A stretch of DNA of 63,314 bases, filler included, from Octopus bimaculoides (lineage: Eukaryota), in the NCBI RefSeq assembly GCF_001194135.2. It is 6 parts of 5 records of this genome, joined end to end, with 100 filler letters (N's around TTAATTAATTAA, not from the genome) between each part and the next. Parts side by side here need not be neighbours in the genome. Positions count along the whole stretch, not along the records: positions 1 to 16,433 come from NC_069004.1; positions 16,534 to 28,429 come from NC_069006.1; 4 more parts are not named here. One strand, written 5' to 3'. Each line of letters starts with the position of its first letter. Positions within the stretch are counted from its first letter, which is position 1. A model generated the notes under the pieces. That model saw nothing but the letters and a program-made list of their open reading frames with translations. It had not been told where the DNA came from and searched no databases. Shown here piece by piece: positions 14,730-27,175 of this stretch. The translations under genes and the position numbers were made by a program.

Positions 14730-14785
<56 letters not shown>

Positions 14786-14928
14786 TTCTGTAACTGTGTG
14801 TATTTATTTATATATGTATATATATATATATATATATATCAGTACATTTATATCAGTGTATATATGTGCATATATATGACTGTGTCACTGTATCTATTAC
14901 ATGAACGTGTGTGTGTGTGTGTATGTGC

Positions 14929-14961
<33 letters not shown>

Positions 14962-15191
14962 TGAGTGAAACTTATGTGTATCTGTATATCGTCTATATGT
15001 TCATGTATATCTGTGAGCGTATTTTGTATTCATGTGTGTGCATCTGTGTATGTATGTATGTGTGTGTGTGTGTTAAAGAGTGACAGAAAAGAGACAATGA
15101 TGGTGATATTTTAGATATTCATTTCCACAGCTGTTTCAATAATTCTTACATAACATTATCAGAACAATCAGTCATATAACTATGCAGTTAT

Positions 15192-15229
<38 letters not shown>

Positions 15230-15321
15230 GTATAAATATATATATATATAAAGTACAGTTGATGTGAAAAGGTAGTTGCAAATAAAACTTAAGCCAGTTA
15301 TATATATATATATATTTATGT

Positions 15322-15411
15322 ATATAAAAATGAGAATGTGTGTCTGTCTGTCTGTCTGTGTGAATCCCTAAAACTCAAGAACTACTCAACTAATTTCATT
15401 CAAATTTTACA
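15322..15411 (+). mobile_element. DINE/Helentron-like non-autonomous element end
   Basis: TATATAAAAATGAGAATGTG(TCTG)n..GAACTACTCAACTAATTTCATTCAAATTTTAC. A reverse-complement homolog lies at 60440-60570. Family assignment rests on the terminal microsatellite architecture. Confidence 0.45.
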
Positions 15412-15555
15412 TGAAATTTGTTCGTTGCTTCTTCTCCGTAACCAAACTGATCCATTTCTCAACCATGTCGTAACTTGCAATGAAAAGTGGATTCTATACA
15501 ATAATTAAAAACATTCTTCACAGCGGTTGAACCAAAATGAAGCACCGAAAATTTT
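15411..15555 (+). mobile_element. Mariner transposase fragment (first catalytic Asp region)
   Basis: EICSLLLLRNQTDPFLNHVVTCNEKWILYNN*KHSSQRLNQNEAPK matches the mariner PFLxRIVTxDEKWILYDN motif. Confidence 0.8.
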
Positions 15556-15870
15556 CAGTCCCACTGCGTGGCACTTTGGGCAAGTGTCTTCTACTATAGC
15601 CCCAGTCTGGGCAAAGCCTTGTGACTGGGTTTATTAAATGGAAACTCTGTGGAAGTGTGTGTGTGTGTGTGGATGTTTGTGCTTGTTCCTCCTCCCACCA
15701 CTTGACAACCTATGTTGGTTTGTTTGCATCCCCATAACTTAGCAGTTCACCAAAAGAGACCAATAGGACGCATACCAGACTTAAGAAATAAGTATCAGTG
15801 GAGTTGGTTTGTTCAACTAAAGCCCCTTCAAGGCAGTGCTCCAGCATGGCCACAGTCCAGACGATCAGTC
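15556..15870 (+). mobile_element. Octopus OR-like SINE, CpG-decayed
   Basis: TCAGTCCCACTGCGTGGCACTTTGGGCAAGTGTCTTC..(GT)n..CTTCAAGGCAGTGCTCCAGCATGGCCACAGTC. Confidence 0.8.
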
Positions 15871-16433
15871 ACACTTAGCTGCCACTTTCTGCAATCTACT
15901 CAATTATTCCTGTCTTCTCCTTCCCAGTTCTTCTAACTTATATTTTTGGCACTGAGCACCAAGAATGTGTCTTTGAGAGATTTTCGGTAAATCACAAGCA
16001 GCTGTTCTTCCTTGTTTGCTTAATATTTTCTTTAGAAAAACTTGAAGGGAGTTCCAGTTCTAGGGCGACTGGATGCGACTGTGTCAAATGAATCTCCAGG
16101 CACCATACATTATTCCAGACAGAACCCACGGTGGCCTGTGTTTATCTGTTCTACTTTCGGGGAGTGGTCTTGAGGTTATTTCAGTACCATTTTTTTTTTG
16201 TTTGGTGGGGAGGACCACGAAAACCTACCACAGGAACAAGTTGAAATATATATATGTGTGTGTGTGTGTCTATATAAACATGCACGCACACACACACAGA
16301 CATTTCTCTCTCATACACAGGCACATATGTGTGTGTGTGTGTGTGTGTGTGTTGTAGTATTACATGTTGTTTAACTGTAGGTCAACTTTGAGCACACACA
16401 TGATCAATGTTATTTCATTCATGATCATGTATT

Positions 16434-16533
16434 NNNNNNNNNNNNNNNNNNNNNNNNNNNNNNNNNNNNNNNNNNNNTTAATTAATTAANNNNNNNNNNN
16501 NNNNNNNNNNNNNNNNNNNNNNNNNNNNNNNNN
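16434..16533. other. Assembly spacer: 44 N + TTAATTAATTAA + 44 N (same construct at 28430-28529, 38693-38792, 41476-41575, 55717-55816)
   Basis: The identical 100-bp construct occurs five times; the 12-mer gives stop codons in all six frames. It is a scaffolding artefact. Confidence 0.92.
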
Positions 16534-16959
16534 CACACAAGGCTGTTTGGAGTTGCCAGCACTGAGACTAACAGTCTCTCTCTCTTTCTCTCTCTATCTC
16601 TCTTTCTCTCTCTCTTTCTCTCTTTCTTTCTCTCTCTCTCTCTCTCTCTCTCCGTCCCTCCCTCTCTCTCTCTCTCTCTCCCTTTCGCATGCATACACGC
16701 GCGCATGCTCAAGTCCGCACGCGTACGCACGTGCTTGTCTGTACATTTACATATAAATGATCTTTGCTGTAGCAGCAGCAGCAGCCACTATAATAGTAGT
16801 AGCGATGGTAGTGGTGGTCCTTGTTCTTGTTGGTACGTTCGTTAAGCCCCATGTCAACCCTAATCCAGAAGACGTGATTCAAAGGCTTTCCAGCCATGTT
16901 TATCAGGTGAAGTATGATTAGTTACCTTAACAAATGAGCTTTACCTTGTGTACATATAT

Positions 16960-17200
16960 ATACTACGCTGGACTATTGAGAAATCTGCAGTTACTCTATC
17001 CAGATTACAAGTTCAGGTTTATACCTGTAATTGCTGGGGCTCTGGGATATGTAACAATCTTGCCTTAGTACCAATCTTGAGAAATTAAGCTTCTCAAAAC
17101 CAGAAAGGAGAAAGCTAATACGAAGACTACAGATCTATTCCGTCAGCGGAAGTGTGAAAATCTGTAAAATTTTCCAGAAGTTTATCAAAGGATAAAGGAT
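16960..17200 (+). mobile_element. R4/Dong-clade (RLE) retrotransposon, C-terminal fragment
   Basis: YAGLLRNLQLLYPDYKFRFIPVIAGALGYVT..NLEKLSFSKPERRKLIRRLQIYSVSGSVKICKIF, very similar to the C-terminus of the 45.6-48.2 kb copy. Confidence 0.8.
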
Positions 17201-17908
17201 ATTATTTCTAACAGGTAGAAAGAAAGAAGGAAAAAAAAGAAAGAAAGAGAAAGAAAGACATTTGCTTAACTTTTTGGTGCTTTTTGTCGGTCAGCATTAC
17301 GTCATTGTATGAAGTGGACGACCAGATGCAGCAGTTAGTAAGTGAAGAGAGAATTGTTGTTGTGGAGTGTTTCACTATTAAGACCCATTATGGAGAACTT
17401 CCGGTAGCGATGCAGCTGTCACGGATAGATTAGAGTACCACCGGTTGAAAGGCTCCATGTTTTGATTCACACACAGGCACTTCCGGTGTTGAGTAAATCT
17501 GCGGCAGACAGCAAAACAAATAACTGAAATGCAGGGTTTAGTAATCGGGGGAACACCCCCATACCTTATGTTTCCGTAAGGGGTCGTTAGGGGACAAATA
17601 TTGATAAATATGTTTGCTGTATGCGAACGCAACTGTTGGCCACTCTTAAGTTACGTTCTTTCTGTCTTTCTTTCTGTCTTTCTTTCTGTCTTTCTTTCGT
17701 CTTTCACTTGGTCCAGACATTGGGCTGCGACCATGCTTGGGCTCCGCCTTGATGGGTGACGCGGACAAATCGACCAACCCACAGGCATCGCTTGAAAAAA
17801 AAAGTAAGACCTTTCACAAAAATGGCTGCTCGTTGCCCGCTTTGCATGTGTGGGACTTTTGACAGACTTCCGACAGATGGCAATACTCCAACACGAATTT
17901 GCAGCCAT

Positions 17909-18080
17909 CATGCATGCATGTATGCCATTGTTCAGTTTGATTTCAAGATTTCTTGCCAATAGAGAAAGAATCGGTTTCTAACATAGATCCAAGGCTGCTT
18001 TATTGGAATTTCAACATCAACAACAGGGTATTTTGTATGTATGTATGTATGTATGTATGTATGTATGTATATGTGCAGAT
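17909..18080 (-). mobile_element. 3' UTR end of the same R4/Dong family, with internal (CATA)n
   Basis: Reverse complement: ATCTGCACATA(TACA)n-AAATACCCTGTTG..AAATTCCAAT..CCTTGGATCTATGTTAGAAACCGATTCTTTCTCTATTGGCAAGAAA..CATACATGC. Parts match 45562-45600, 48255-48310 and 31419-31500. Confidence 0.65.
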
Positions 18081-18174
18081 GGATGGATGGATGGATGGAT
18101 GGATGGATGCACGCATTCTTATAAGGAGCGAGTGTATGTATGTGTGTATGTGTATGCATACTTATGTATGTATG

Positions 18175-18221
<47 letters not shown>

Positions 18222-18581
18222 ATGTGTGTATGTATGTACGCATTCATATATGCATGTGCGTATATATGTATGTATATATGTACATACTCATCTATGTATG
18301 TGTATATATGTATGTATGTGTGTGTATATATGTATACACACATGCATTCATAAGTATGTATATATAAGGAGCGAGTGTATATATGAATTACTTAATGATC
18401 CTGAACCTCAGAAGTCGTTATTTTGAGCCGATTGAACATTTTCAATTGCTTTTGCGTGCATTAGTGTCTATATACACGCACGTGGAATTAATTGTGTTAT
18501 ATCTGTGTGTGTGTGTGTGTGTGCATGAAGAAAGAAGGACAGACTGAGAGAGAGAGAGGAAAGAGTGATCAAATATCTCCT

Positions 18582-18637
<56 letters not shown>

Positions 18638-18809
18638 TGTTTCGTTATTATGGATATATATATATATATATATATATACACTTATGTTCGTGTGTGTGTT
18701 TGTGTGTGTGTGTACATAGTGGCACACATAAATGTAAACATATACATATATATGTCATGTCGTACACATATACAACGTCTCTCTATCACACACACACGGC
18801 CATGCTTAG

Positions 18810-18858
<49 letters not shown>

Positions 18859-19095
18859 TACACTAAATTAAAGACTTAAACACACATACACACACACACA
18901 CCTAAATTAAAAGAGTCGCACACACTTGTGTCTAGGCAATATGAAATCTTGATGTTATTGGTAACAATGGAATGGGAAATATGAAGAGAAAGAAATTATC
19001 TTAATTCGAACCCACATACCACATACTTACATTGTTTGGATATTTAGTGAATGCCAGATACGGGTGGGGAACGGGTGACAGGGGGCACAAATGAG

Positions 19096-19168
<73 letters not shown>

Positions 19169-20551
19169 CTCCCTCCCGCTCCTTCCCCTTCTCTCTGTTT
19201 TTGTCTCTCCCTCCCCCTCTCTCTCTCCTTCCCCCCTTCTCACATCCTCTCTCTCTCCCTCCCACTTTCTCCCTCTGTTTCTCTATCTCCTCTCTCTTCC
19301 ACCACCCTCCCACCCTTCATCTCTCTCTCTCTCATCCTACCACTCACTGTTCCTCTTTCTATCAAGCCACCAATATTGGCGCAGTTGGTAGCATGTCGGA
19401 TGGAACAGCTCGCTACTTTGCTCCATTTCTCTGTACTCGGAGTTCAAATACCACCGAGGGCTATGTTACCTTTTTATCCTCCTGAGGGACGATTAATGAA
19501 ATTACCATTCGAGAGCAGTTACTTAATAGACACACGAAAGCATTTGTAGCACATAAAGATATGTATTGTGTCCTTTAAATAAATAATATTAATCTCTCAC
19601 CAGATGGAGTACCTATTTTTTGTTGATCTTACTATCACGGAACAGTACGTTGTGTGTGTGTTTGTCTATACGGCGTATATATATATATATANNNNNNNNN
19701 NNNNNNNNNNNNNNNNNNNNNNNNNNNNNNNNNNNNNNNNNNNNNNNNNNNNNNNNNNNNNNNNNNNNNNNNNNNNNNNNNNNNNNNNNNNNNNNNNNNN
19801 NNNNNNNNNNNNNNNNNNNNNNNNNNNNNNNNNNNNNNNNNNNNNNNNNNNNNNNNNNNNNNNNNNNNNNNNNNNNNNNNNNNNNNNNNNNNNNNNNNNN
19901 NNNNNNNNNNNNNNNNNNNNNNNNNNNNNNNNNNNNNNNNNNNNNNNNNNNNNNNNNNNNNNNNNNNNNNNNNNNNNNNNNNNNNNNNNNNNNNNNNNNN
20001 NNNNNNNNNNNNNNNNNNNNNNNNNNNNNNNNNNNNNNNNNNNNNNNNNNNNNNNNNNNNNNNNNNNNNNNNNNNNNNNNNNNNNNNNNNNNNNNNNNNN
20101 NNNNNNNNNNNNNNNNNNNNNNNNNNNNNNNNNNNNNNNNNNNNNNNNNNNNNNNNNNNNNNNNNNNNNNNNNNNNNNNNNNNNNNNNNNNNNNNNNNNN
20201 NNNNNNNNNNNNNNNNNNNNNNNNNNNNNNNNNNNNNNNNNNNNNNNNNNNNNNNNNNNNNNNNNNNNNNNNNNNNNNNNNNNNNNNNNNNNNNNNNNNN
20301 NNNNNNNNNNNNNNNNNNNNNNNNNNNNNNNNNNNNNNNNNNNNNNNNNNNNNNNNNNNNNNNNNNNNNNNNNNNNNNNNNNNNNNNNNNNNNNNNNNNN
20401 NNNNNNNNNNNNNNNNNNNNNNNNNNNNNNNNNNNNNNNNNNNNNNNNNNNNNNNNNNNNNNNNNNNNNNNNNNNNNNNNNNNNNNNNNNNNNNNNNNNN
20501 NNNNNNNNNNNNNNNNNNNNNNNNNNNNNNNNNNNNNNNNNNNNNNNNNNN

Positions 20552-20651
<100 letters not shown>

Positions 20652-21128
20652 TGACAGATACATATAATTATATATGTAGACACACACACACACACAAACA
20701 CACCAAACACCCATATATCTACCCACGAGTATCTCTATATGTCGGAACGCTAAACCAGCTGAGTAAACAAAGCCCTTCTTATTCCACCCGACATTTGATT
20801 GGCGGGTGAAGGGGGGGCGTTTGGCATTTATCCCTGCGACCCGTTTCTGCATGGTGTCCCAGGACAGGGTACTTAACTCTGAACGGTACAGTCGGTCACG
20901 TGACTATTGTGAAGCAGCATGGCGGTGAGAAGTTTACAAGTTGGTTTCATAATCCCGTCACACACGGTACGAACCCAGTGTGCCGCAACTTGGGGGCCAA
21001 AGTATTCGGGTAAAGTCCCCGAATTAATTAATGGCTCGTGAGTGTATTGGTATGGTGGGCGCAAACTGTACGGAAGCAAACTCGTCTTTTGTATGTAAAA
21101 ATAAATGCACATACACATATGTACGTAT

Positions 21129-21171
<43 letters not shown>

Positions 21172-21599
21172 TGTATATATATATGAATAAGGTACTTCAA
21201 ACTCGGGCACCAATCAGGTCGAAATAAAATGCACACGCAACAATTTTTATATGAATGCCAACCTTTGTACAGACGTACTAGCAGAATGATATATGTATAN
21301 NNNNNNNNNNNNNNNNNNNNNNNNNNNNNNNNNNNNNNNNNNNNNNNNNNNNNNNNNNNNNNNNNNNNNNNNNNNNNNNNNNNNNNNNNNNNNNNNNNNN
21401 NNNNNNNNNNNNNNNNNNNNNNNNNNNNNNNNNNNNNNNNNNNNNNNNNNNNNNNNNNNNNNNNNNNNNNNNNNNNNNNNNNNNNNNNNNNNNNNNNNNN
21501 NNNNNNNNNNNNNNNNNNNNNNNNNNNNNNNNNNNNNATATATATATATATATATATATATACGTATATAGGTCGAATATATAAAATGACCAATTATAT

Positions 21600-21803
21600 T
21601 TTCCAATTGCTATCAGGTTTTTGCAGGTTTTAATCTTCAGTGGAGCGGATTTCCTCAATGAATCCTTCAAGTGGCTGCACCAAAAGTGCAAGGATACATT
21701 GGACAATGTACTCCCAAGATATAGGATGGTCATTATATGAAACCGTTTCTGGATCTCAGGTCGTTTTTGAAACCGGTCTGACCTGGGGCTAAACAGCAAT
21801 AGC
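21600..21803 (+). mobile_element. Interspersed repeat ending in GACCTGGGGCTAAACAGCAATAGC (family D)
   Basis: The 3' terminus is shared with the elements at 50.9 kb and 56.1 kb. Possibly related pieces at 13.0-13.15 kb and 38.0-38.2 kb (assignment from recall). Confidence 0.4.
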
Positions 21804-21849
21804 AGCAGAATGGCTTTGCTAAATAGGTGGACGATGGCTTATTCTATGT

Positions 21850-22160
21850 AAGCCTGGTACTTATTGTATTGGTGTCTTTTGCCGAACCGCTACGTTATAG
21901 TGATGTAAACACACTAGCATCAGTTGTCAAGCGATGGTAAGGGGTGGGGGACAAACACACACACACACACACACACACATGTATGTATATACATACACAT
22001 ATAACAAGCTTCTTTCAGTTTCCGTCAACAAAATCCACTTACAACGCTTTGGGCGGCGCGAGGCTATAGATGAAGCTACTTGCCCAAGGTGCCACGCAGT
22101 GAGACTGAACCCGGAACCAATGTGGTTGGGAAGCAAGCCTTTTACCACAGCCACGCCTGC
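21850..22160 (-). mobile_element. Octopus OR-like SINE, near full length, CpGs intact
   Basis: TTTTGCCGAACCGCTA..TTGTCAAGCG..(CA)n..TTGCCCAAGGTGCCACGCAGTGAGACTGAACCCGGAACC..ACCACAGCCACGCCTGC. Confidence 0.85.
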
Positions 22161-22408
22161 TCCTGTATATAGCTTTTCACAGTTTCCGCACCAGATTGTT
22201 TGACAATTGTGTCATAACAACTTGAAACGCCATTCAATAGTCAAGTCTGTCTGTGTGTCTGTTTAGGTTTGAATAAACTGCAGGTCCTGCTGTATTTCTA
22301 AATGATAAGAAGTTGGTGACAGTTGGCAGCCAGTTCACTCCGCCTCTGTCAGTTGGTTTCTCTCTCTCTCTCTCGCTCTCTCTCTCTCTCTTAGATAAAA
22401 AAAAAAGC

Positions 22409-22708
22409 AAAAATGGTTGAGAACCATTACTTTCGATGTGCCTATCGCAAGAAACAGCTGGGTTTCTTTCCCTCGTGTTTTACATAGTTTAACATGTTTC
22501 TGGCCCCTGAATCACGTTCTCTCAGAGTTTTATTGCGAACCTATGCAAGGAAAATGGTGGGGGAAACAAAATAGAAATCTTGAAAGATGTATCTATAAAA
22601 CTAGACTCGTTTTTAAACATCGAATAGCTTGTAGGGGTTGGCCAGAACATAATAGTAATTAAAGCGTTCGCAGGTAAAATATAAAATATAAAATTTTGAG
22701 AGCCACTG
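22409..22708. mobile_element. hAT/Charlie-like MITE fragment
   Basis: Contains TIR-like TTGAGAACCA and TTTTGAGAGCCACTG; the interior aligns with 34311-34630. Confidence 0.5.
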
Positions 22709-23019
22709 ATCGAGATAAGGTATAGTTTTCAGAGCAGTCGTCATAAATATATTCTCTCTTTCACTGAGTTTCAAATGAACGTTGACATCTCCAAGGTAGC
22801 TGACTTCCATAACAGTACACGATTGTTTTCTCCTTCTTCTCTGCCCTAAATAACTACGTTGGATTCGTTTTGCTTACATTTTAGTGAAAGTGTTGATAAG
22901 AACATTGCTGCAATAGCCGTCGCGTTGAAACATATGTACTGGACAACAATAATATTTTCTCTGTTTGTCACACGTCCTAATGATGGTACAATCTGTTATT
23001 TTAGCAACGACACAATTCC

Positions 23020-23330
23020 GCATTGGAATGCCGGTTTGGAATGTAATGCCTTAATGCCGCGTTTAAAAGTAGTTCCTGAATGCGCGTTGGGATAACATAC
23101 CTCAATGCTGCGTTTGAAAGTTGTGTCTTAATGCTGCGTTTGAAAGAAGTTCCCGAATGCGCGTTGGGATAAAATACTTCAATGCCGCATTTGAGAGTGG
23201 CGCCCTAATGCCGCGTTTGGAAGTATTAATGAGGCGTTTGGAAGTATTAATGAGGCGTTTGAAAGTATTAATGATGCGTTTGAAAGTATTAATGACGCGT
23301 TTATTAATATTGCATTTGAAAGTAGTACCT
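23020..23330. repeat. Compound minisatellite: 77-bp higher-order units followed by 21-bp units
   Basis: Core AATGCCGCGTTTGAAAGT. 77-bp period with units starting at 23051, 23128 and 23205; then 21-bp units AAGTATTAATGAGGCGTTTG(G/A) from 23221. Confidence 0.85.
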
Positions 23331-24463
23331 GTTATTGCAAGAAAAGCTAGACTTCGTAGACATCTAAGCATCATCTTCGAGTTTACGAGACAAAGAACAT
23401 AGCCGAGCACAAACTTTTGTTGTACACAATATTTCTCCCGCTGCGATTTGTTGATATATGCTCATCTGACAGCTCTTCAGGAGCATGGGACGTTATCGAA
23501 CATCGAGCGCTTTTTAAGGAATTCACACCTGACTCACGGTGAATATATTTTTACCACAGAACCATCCAAGTCTAGACAGTAACATCTAAGCATTGTCCAC
23601 GCCTAATTAGATTTACCTATGAAGAAAACTAAATAATATCAAAGTAAGCGATACCCACAAACTATGAATCCACACTTTTCACTTTACTAGAATGAAGAAC
23701 AACCCAGAATAACGAGACTAGAACATAAGAAATTCACAATCGAGCGTAACGTATGTACAATCCCATCATCAGCTGCCCAAACAGATATCACTATGGTTTC
23801 GACACTTAAGTACGCGGTGTATTTTTTCTCTTCAGAAACTATCGCTATATTTTTCGATGTTTAAAGAAAGGAAAAACCACTCCACCGGATTGAATGGTAC
23901 TGTCGCTTTTTTTGTGGAAGTTTCTAGCTGATCTCAGGATCTTTCACGTTTTATCTATCCATCTGCATGTGTATATTTCCGCGCACGCACGCGTATCTGT
24001 ATTTGCCTCCTGTGCCAAAAATAACTGTCACCAAAACAGACTAAATGCCCCAGTCAGCCGTACCAAACTGTCAGCGACAAAACAGCCGCGCCCGACTGTC
24101 TCATTCCGAGACTAATCAAGTAACCCTCCTTCAGCTCTTGAATTTGGGCACCGGTACTTTCTTTATCGATCTCGAAATCGATAAAATTCAAAGTTTCCCC
24201 CCACCCAATCCCCGGCGAGATTTGAACTCAGGACGTAAAGAGCCGGAGCAAACATCGTGACTGATTTTTTTATCCGATGCTCTACCGACTCAGCCAGTTA
24301 ACCCAGCAAACACTTAAGAGTGCAAGACTTTAAAAACAGAATGCTGAATGTGAAGTGGATGCGATGTTTCCCCACCTTCGTCGGTTGGTCTTAATACAAT
24401 GTGCAGCTGTCTCCGATGTGTGGGCGACAATGCGTCAGCGGCGCTCTGTCAGCACGGCTCACA

Positions 24464-24534
24464 ACTACTACTACTACTACTACTACCACTACTAGTTACA
24501 ACTATTACTGCTGCTACTACTACTACTACTGCTG

Positions 24535-24574
<40 letters not shown>
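24464..24574. repeat. (CTA)n trinucleotide microsatellite
   Basis: Directly visible. Confidence 0.95.
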
Positions 24575-25260
24575 AGCAAGTGAAAACCCTGCAGAGGGGA
24601 ATGCATAGGAGATGTGGGGCCAGCAGGAGACAGGCACCGAATTTTTTCAATAATGTAAACGCTTTAGTTGCGTCAACCGAGTGCATTTAATAATTAAAAA
24701 ATAGTGAGTAATTACGGCTAAATTAATCATTAAGTGATATGTCAGTCAAGAGGAGGTGAAACATGTGAAATATATGTGTTTAATTACTGGCCGAGTTTTG
24801 GTTACGTCATTATGCCATTCCGAGTTCAAATCCTGAGTAGGCCAACTTCAGCTTTCATAGTTCCGGGTAGATGACGGTAGATGCAACAGACTAACTTACC
24901 CAGTGCTTGGCCTTGTTAGAAATAATAGTGAAACAGTAATCCCATATCGCGGTTCACTTATCACGGTTTATTATTTAAGCTTACGCCGATTCCTCCGTGG
25001 TGTTGTTTTGCGTTTATAATAAAATAAACATATACAAATTATAAAAATAATAATAATAAAAATATATACAGTACAGTATATTTTCACCTATCGCGTGGGG
25101 TTTTGGAATGTGTTTTGGTGTTCTACCTGTTACGTGATCGGAAACGGTTCATTTTATTTCCGTGTCGCGTCGCACCAATTCTCACGAAAGAAAATAACAA
25201 GTTTGCTTTTTTTACCATTCCGTTTACAGAGAAACCACTCTGTTGCTGTAACATCCGAAT

Positions 25261-25317
<57 letters not shown>

Positions 25318-25573
25318 TAATGAAGAATATATTTGTTGTGTGTAGGGAGGGTATGGCTAGACGGGCGGGTAGACGAAAAAAAAAGGTCTAGGTACGCAGA
25401 CGGCCCTGAGATCTGTAGTCTGAAGGGGTAGGTGTATGTATATAGACGGGTGGGTGTATGTATATACGGCAGACTCTTAATAGATTAGTCAAAAAAAAGC
25501 ACGCAGAAAATTGTTCAAAAGGAAACACTTTATGCTGTTACATCATCCTTGGCAGACTTTGTTTAATGTGTGT

Positions 25574-25653
<80 letters not shown>

Positions 25654-26968
25654 ATATATATATGTATGTATGTATGTATGTATATGCATGTATATAAATA
25701 TATGTGTGTGTATGTATGTATGTATGTATGTATGTATATGTGTGTGTGCGTATGTGTATATATGTATGTATATGTATTTATGTATATATATATGTATGAT
25801 GTATATGATATCTACACAGAGAGAGAAATAAGCTCTCTGAAAAGTTATTCGATATGGATATCTCTATGTAGAGATATATTGAACTCAATTATATCATATT
25901 ACACTATATTATATATGTATGTATATATATATACATAATGTTTATGTGCACTTGTTGTTGCGTGTATATGTGTGTGTTTATGTCAACACAACCCAACACA
26001 ATATAAACTCAGGCGAAAGGAAATGAATCACCAATTAAAAACCATGGCCATTAGGAAGGGTTTGTCCCTTCCCTCACACAAGTTGTCCCTATTAGGAAAT
26101 GGCACACCGATAGCAACAATTACTGGACACCAATCACCGACCATCCCTGCCGTCAGCCCACTTACCCACCCCTATCTCTCTNNNNNNNNNNNNNNNNNNN
26201 NNNNNNNNNNNNNNNNNNNNNNNNNNNNNNNNNNNNNNNNNNNNNNNNNNNNNNNNNNNNNNNNNNNNNNNNNNNNNNNNNNNNNNNNNNNNNNNNNNNN
26301 NNNNNNNNNNNNNNNNNNNNNNNNNNNNNNNNNNNNNNNNNNNNNNNNNNNNNNNNNNNNNNNNNNNNNNNNNNNNNNNNNNNNNNNNNNNNNNNNNNNN
26401 NNNNNNNNNNNNNNNNNNNNNNNNNNNNNNNNNNNNNNNNNNNNNNNNNNNNNNNNNNNNNNNNNNNNNNNNNNNNNNNNNNNNNNNNNNNNNNNNNNNN
26501 NNNNNNNNNNNNNNNNNNNNNNNNNNNNNNNNNNNNNNNNNNNNNNNNNNNNNNNNNNNNNNNNNNNNNNNNNNNNNNNNNNNNNNNNNNNNNNNNNNNN
26601 NNNNNNNNNNNNNNNNNNNNNNNNNNNNNNNNNNNNNNNNNNNNNNNNNNNNNNNNNNNNNNNNNNNNNNNNNNNNNNNNNNNNNNNNNNNNNNNNNNNN
26701 NNNNNNNNNNNNNNNNNNNNNNNNNNNNNNNNNNNNNNNNNNNNNNNNNNNNNNNNNNNNNNNNNNNNNNNNNNNNNNNNNNNNNNNNNNNNNNNNNNNN
26801 NNNNNNNNNNNNNNNNNNNNNNNNNNNNNNNNNNNNNNNNNNNNNNNNNNNNNNNNNNNNNNNNNNNNNNNNNNNNNNGGTGGTGGTGGTGGTGATGATG
26901 ATGATGATGAGGATGATGATGATGATAGTCATAATAATAATAATCAATACAATGTGGGTTACAATAAT

Positions 26969-27175
26969 CCTTTCTACTAAAGGCACAAGGCCTGAAATTT
27001 GGGGGGAGGGGATGTGTCGATTACATCGACCCAGTGCGTAACTGGTACTTAATTTATCAAACCTCGAACGGATGAAAAGCAAAGTCGACCTCGGCGGAAT
27101 TTGAACTCAGAACGTAAAGCCGGACGAAATACCGGTAAGCATGTCGTCCGGCGTGCTCAACGATGCTGCCAGCCT
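26969..27175 (-). mobile_element. tRNA-related SINE family B, CpG-intact
   Basis: GTCGATTACATCGACCC..AAAGTCGACCTCGGCGGAATTTGAACTCAGAACGTAAAGCCGGACGAAATACCG; the minus strand has a B-box-like GAGTTCAAATTCC. Confidence 0.8.

Noticed and set aside
16478-16489. Recurrent palindrome TTAATTAATTAA as a biological motif
   Set aside because: It always sits between two runs of 44 N, so it is an assembly linker.
21755-21788. CAGGTCG..GAAACCGGTC-TGACCTG looks like half a hammerhead
   Set aside because: Only TTTTT lies between the stem and GAAA, with no core or stem II; it is better explained as the terminal hairpin of repeat family D.
22895-22945. TTGATAA..GAAACATATGTA, a hammerhead-like spacing with a palindrome
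   Set aside because: No stem I pairing and a doubly mutated core.
23020-23330. Repeat array considered as a CRISPR
   Set aside because: Eukaryotic context, no unique spacers and no cas genes.
23755-23815. Minus-strand GAAA..CTGATGA in type II order
   Set aside because: The closing stem II cannot pair.
25200-25262. Good polypyrimidine tract plus CAG acceptor
   Set aside because: No convincing donor or reading frame before the (GT)n array; such motifs are common by chance in AT-rich DNA.
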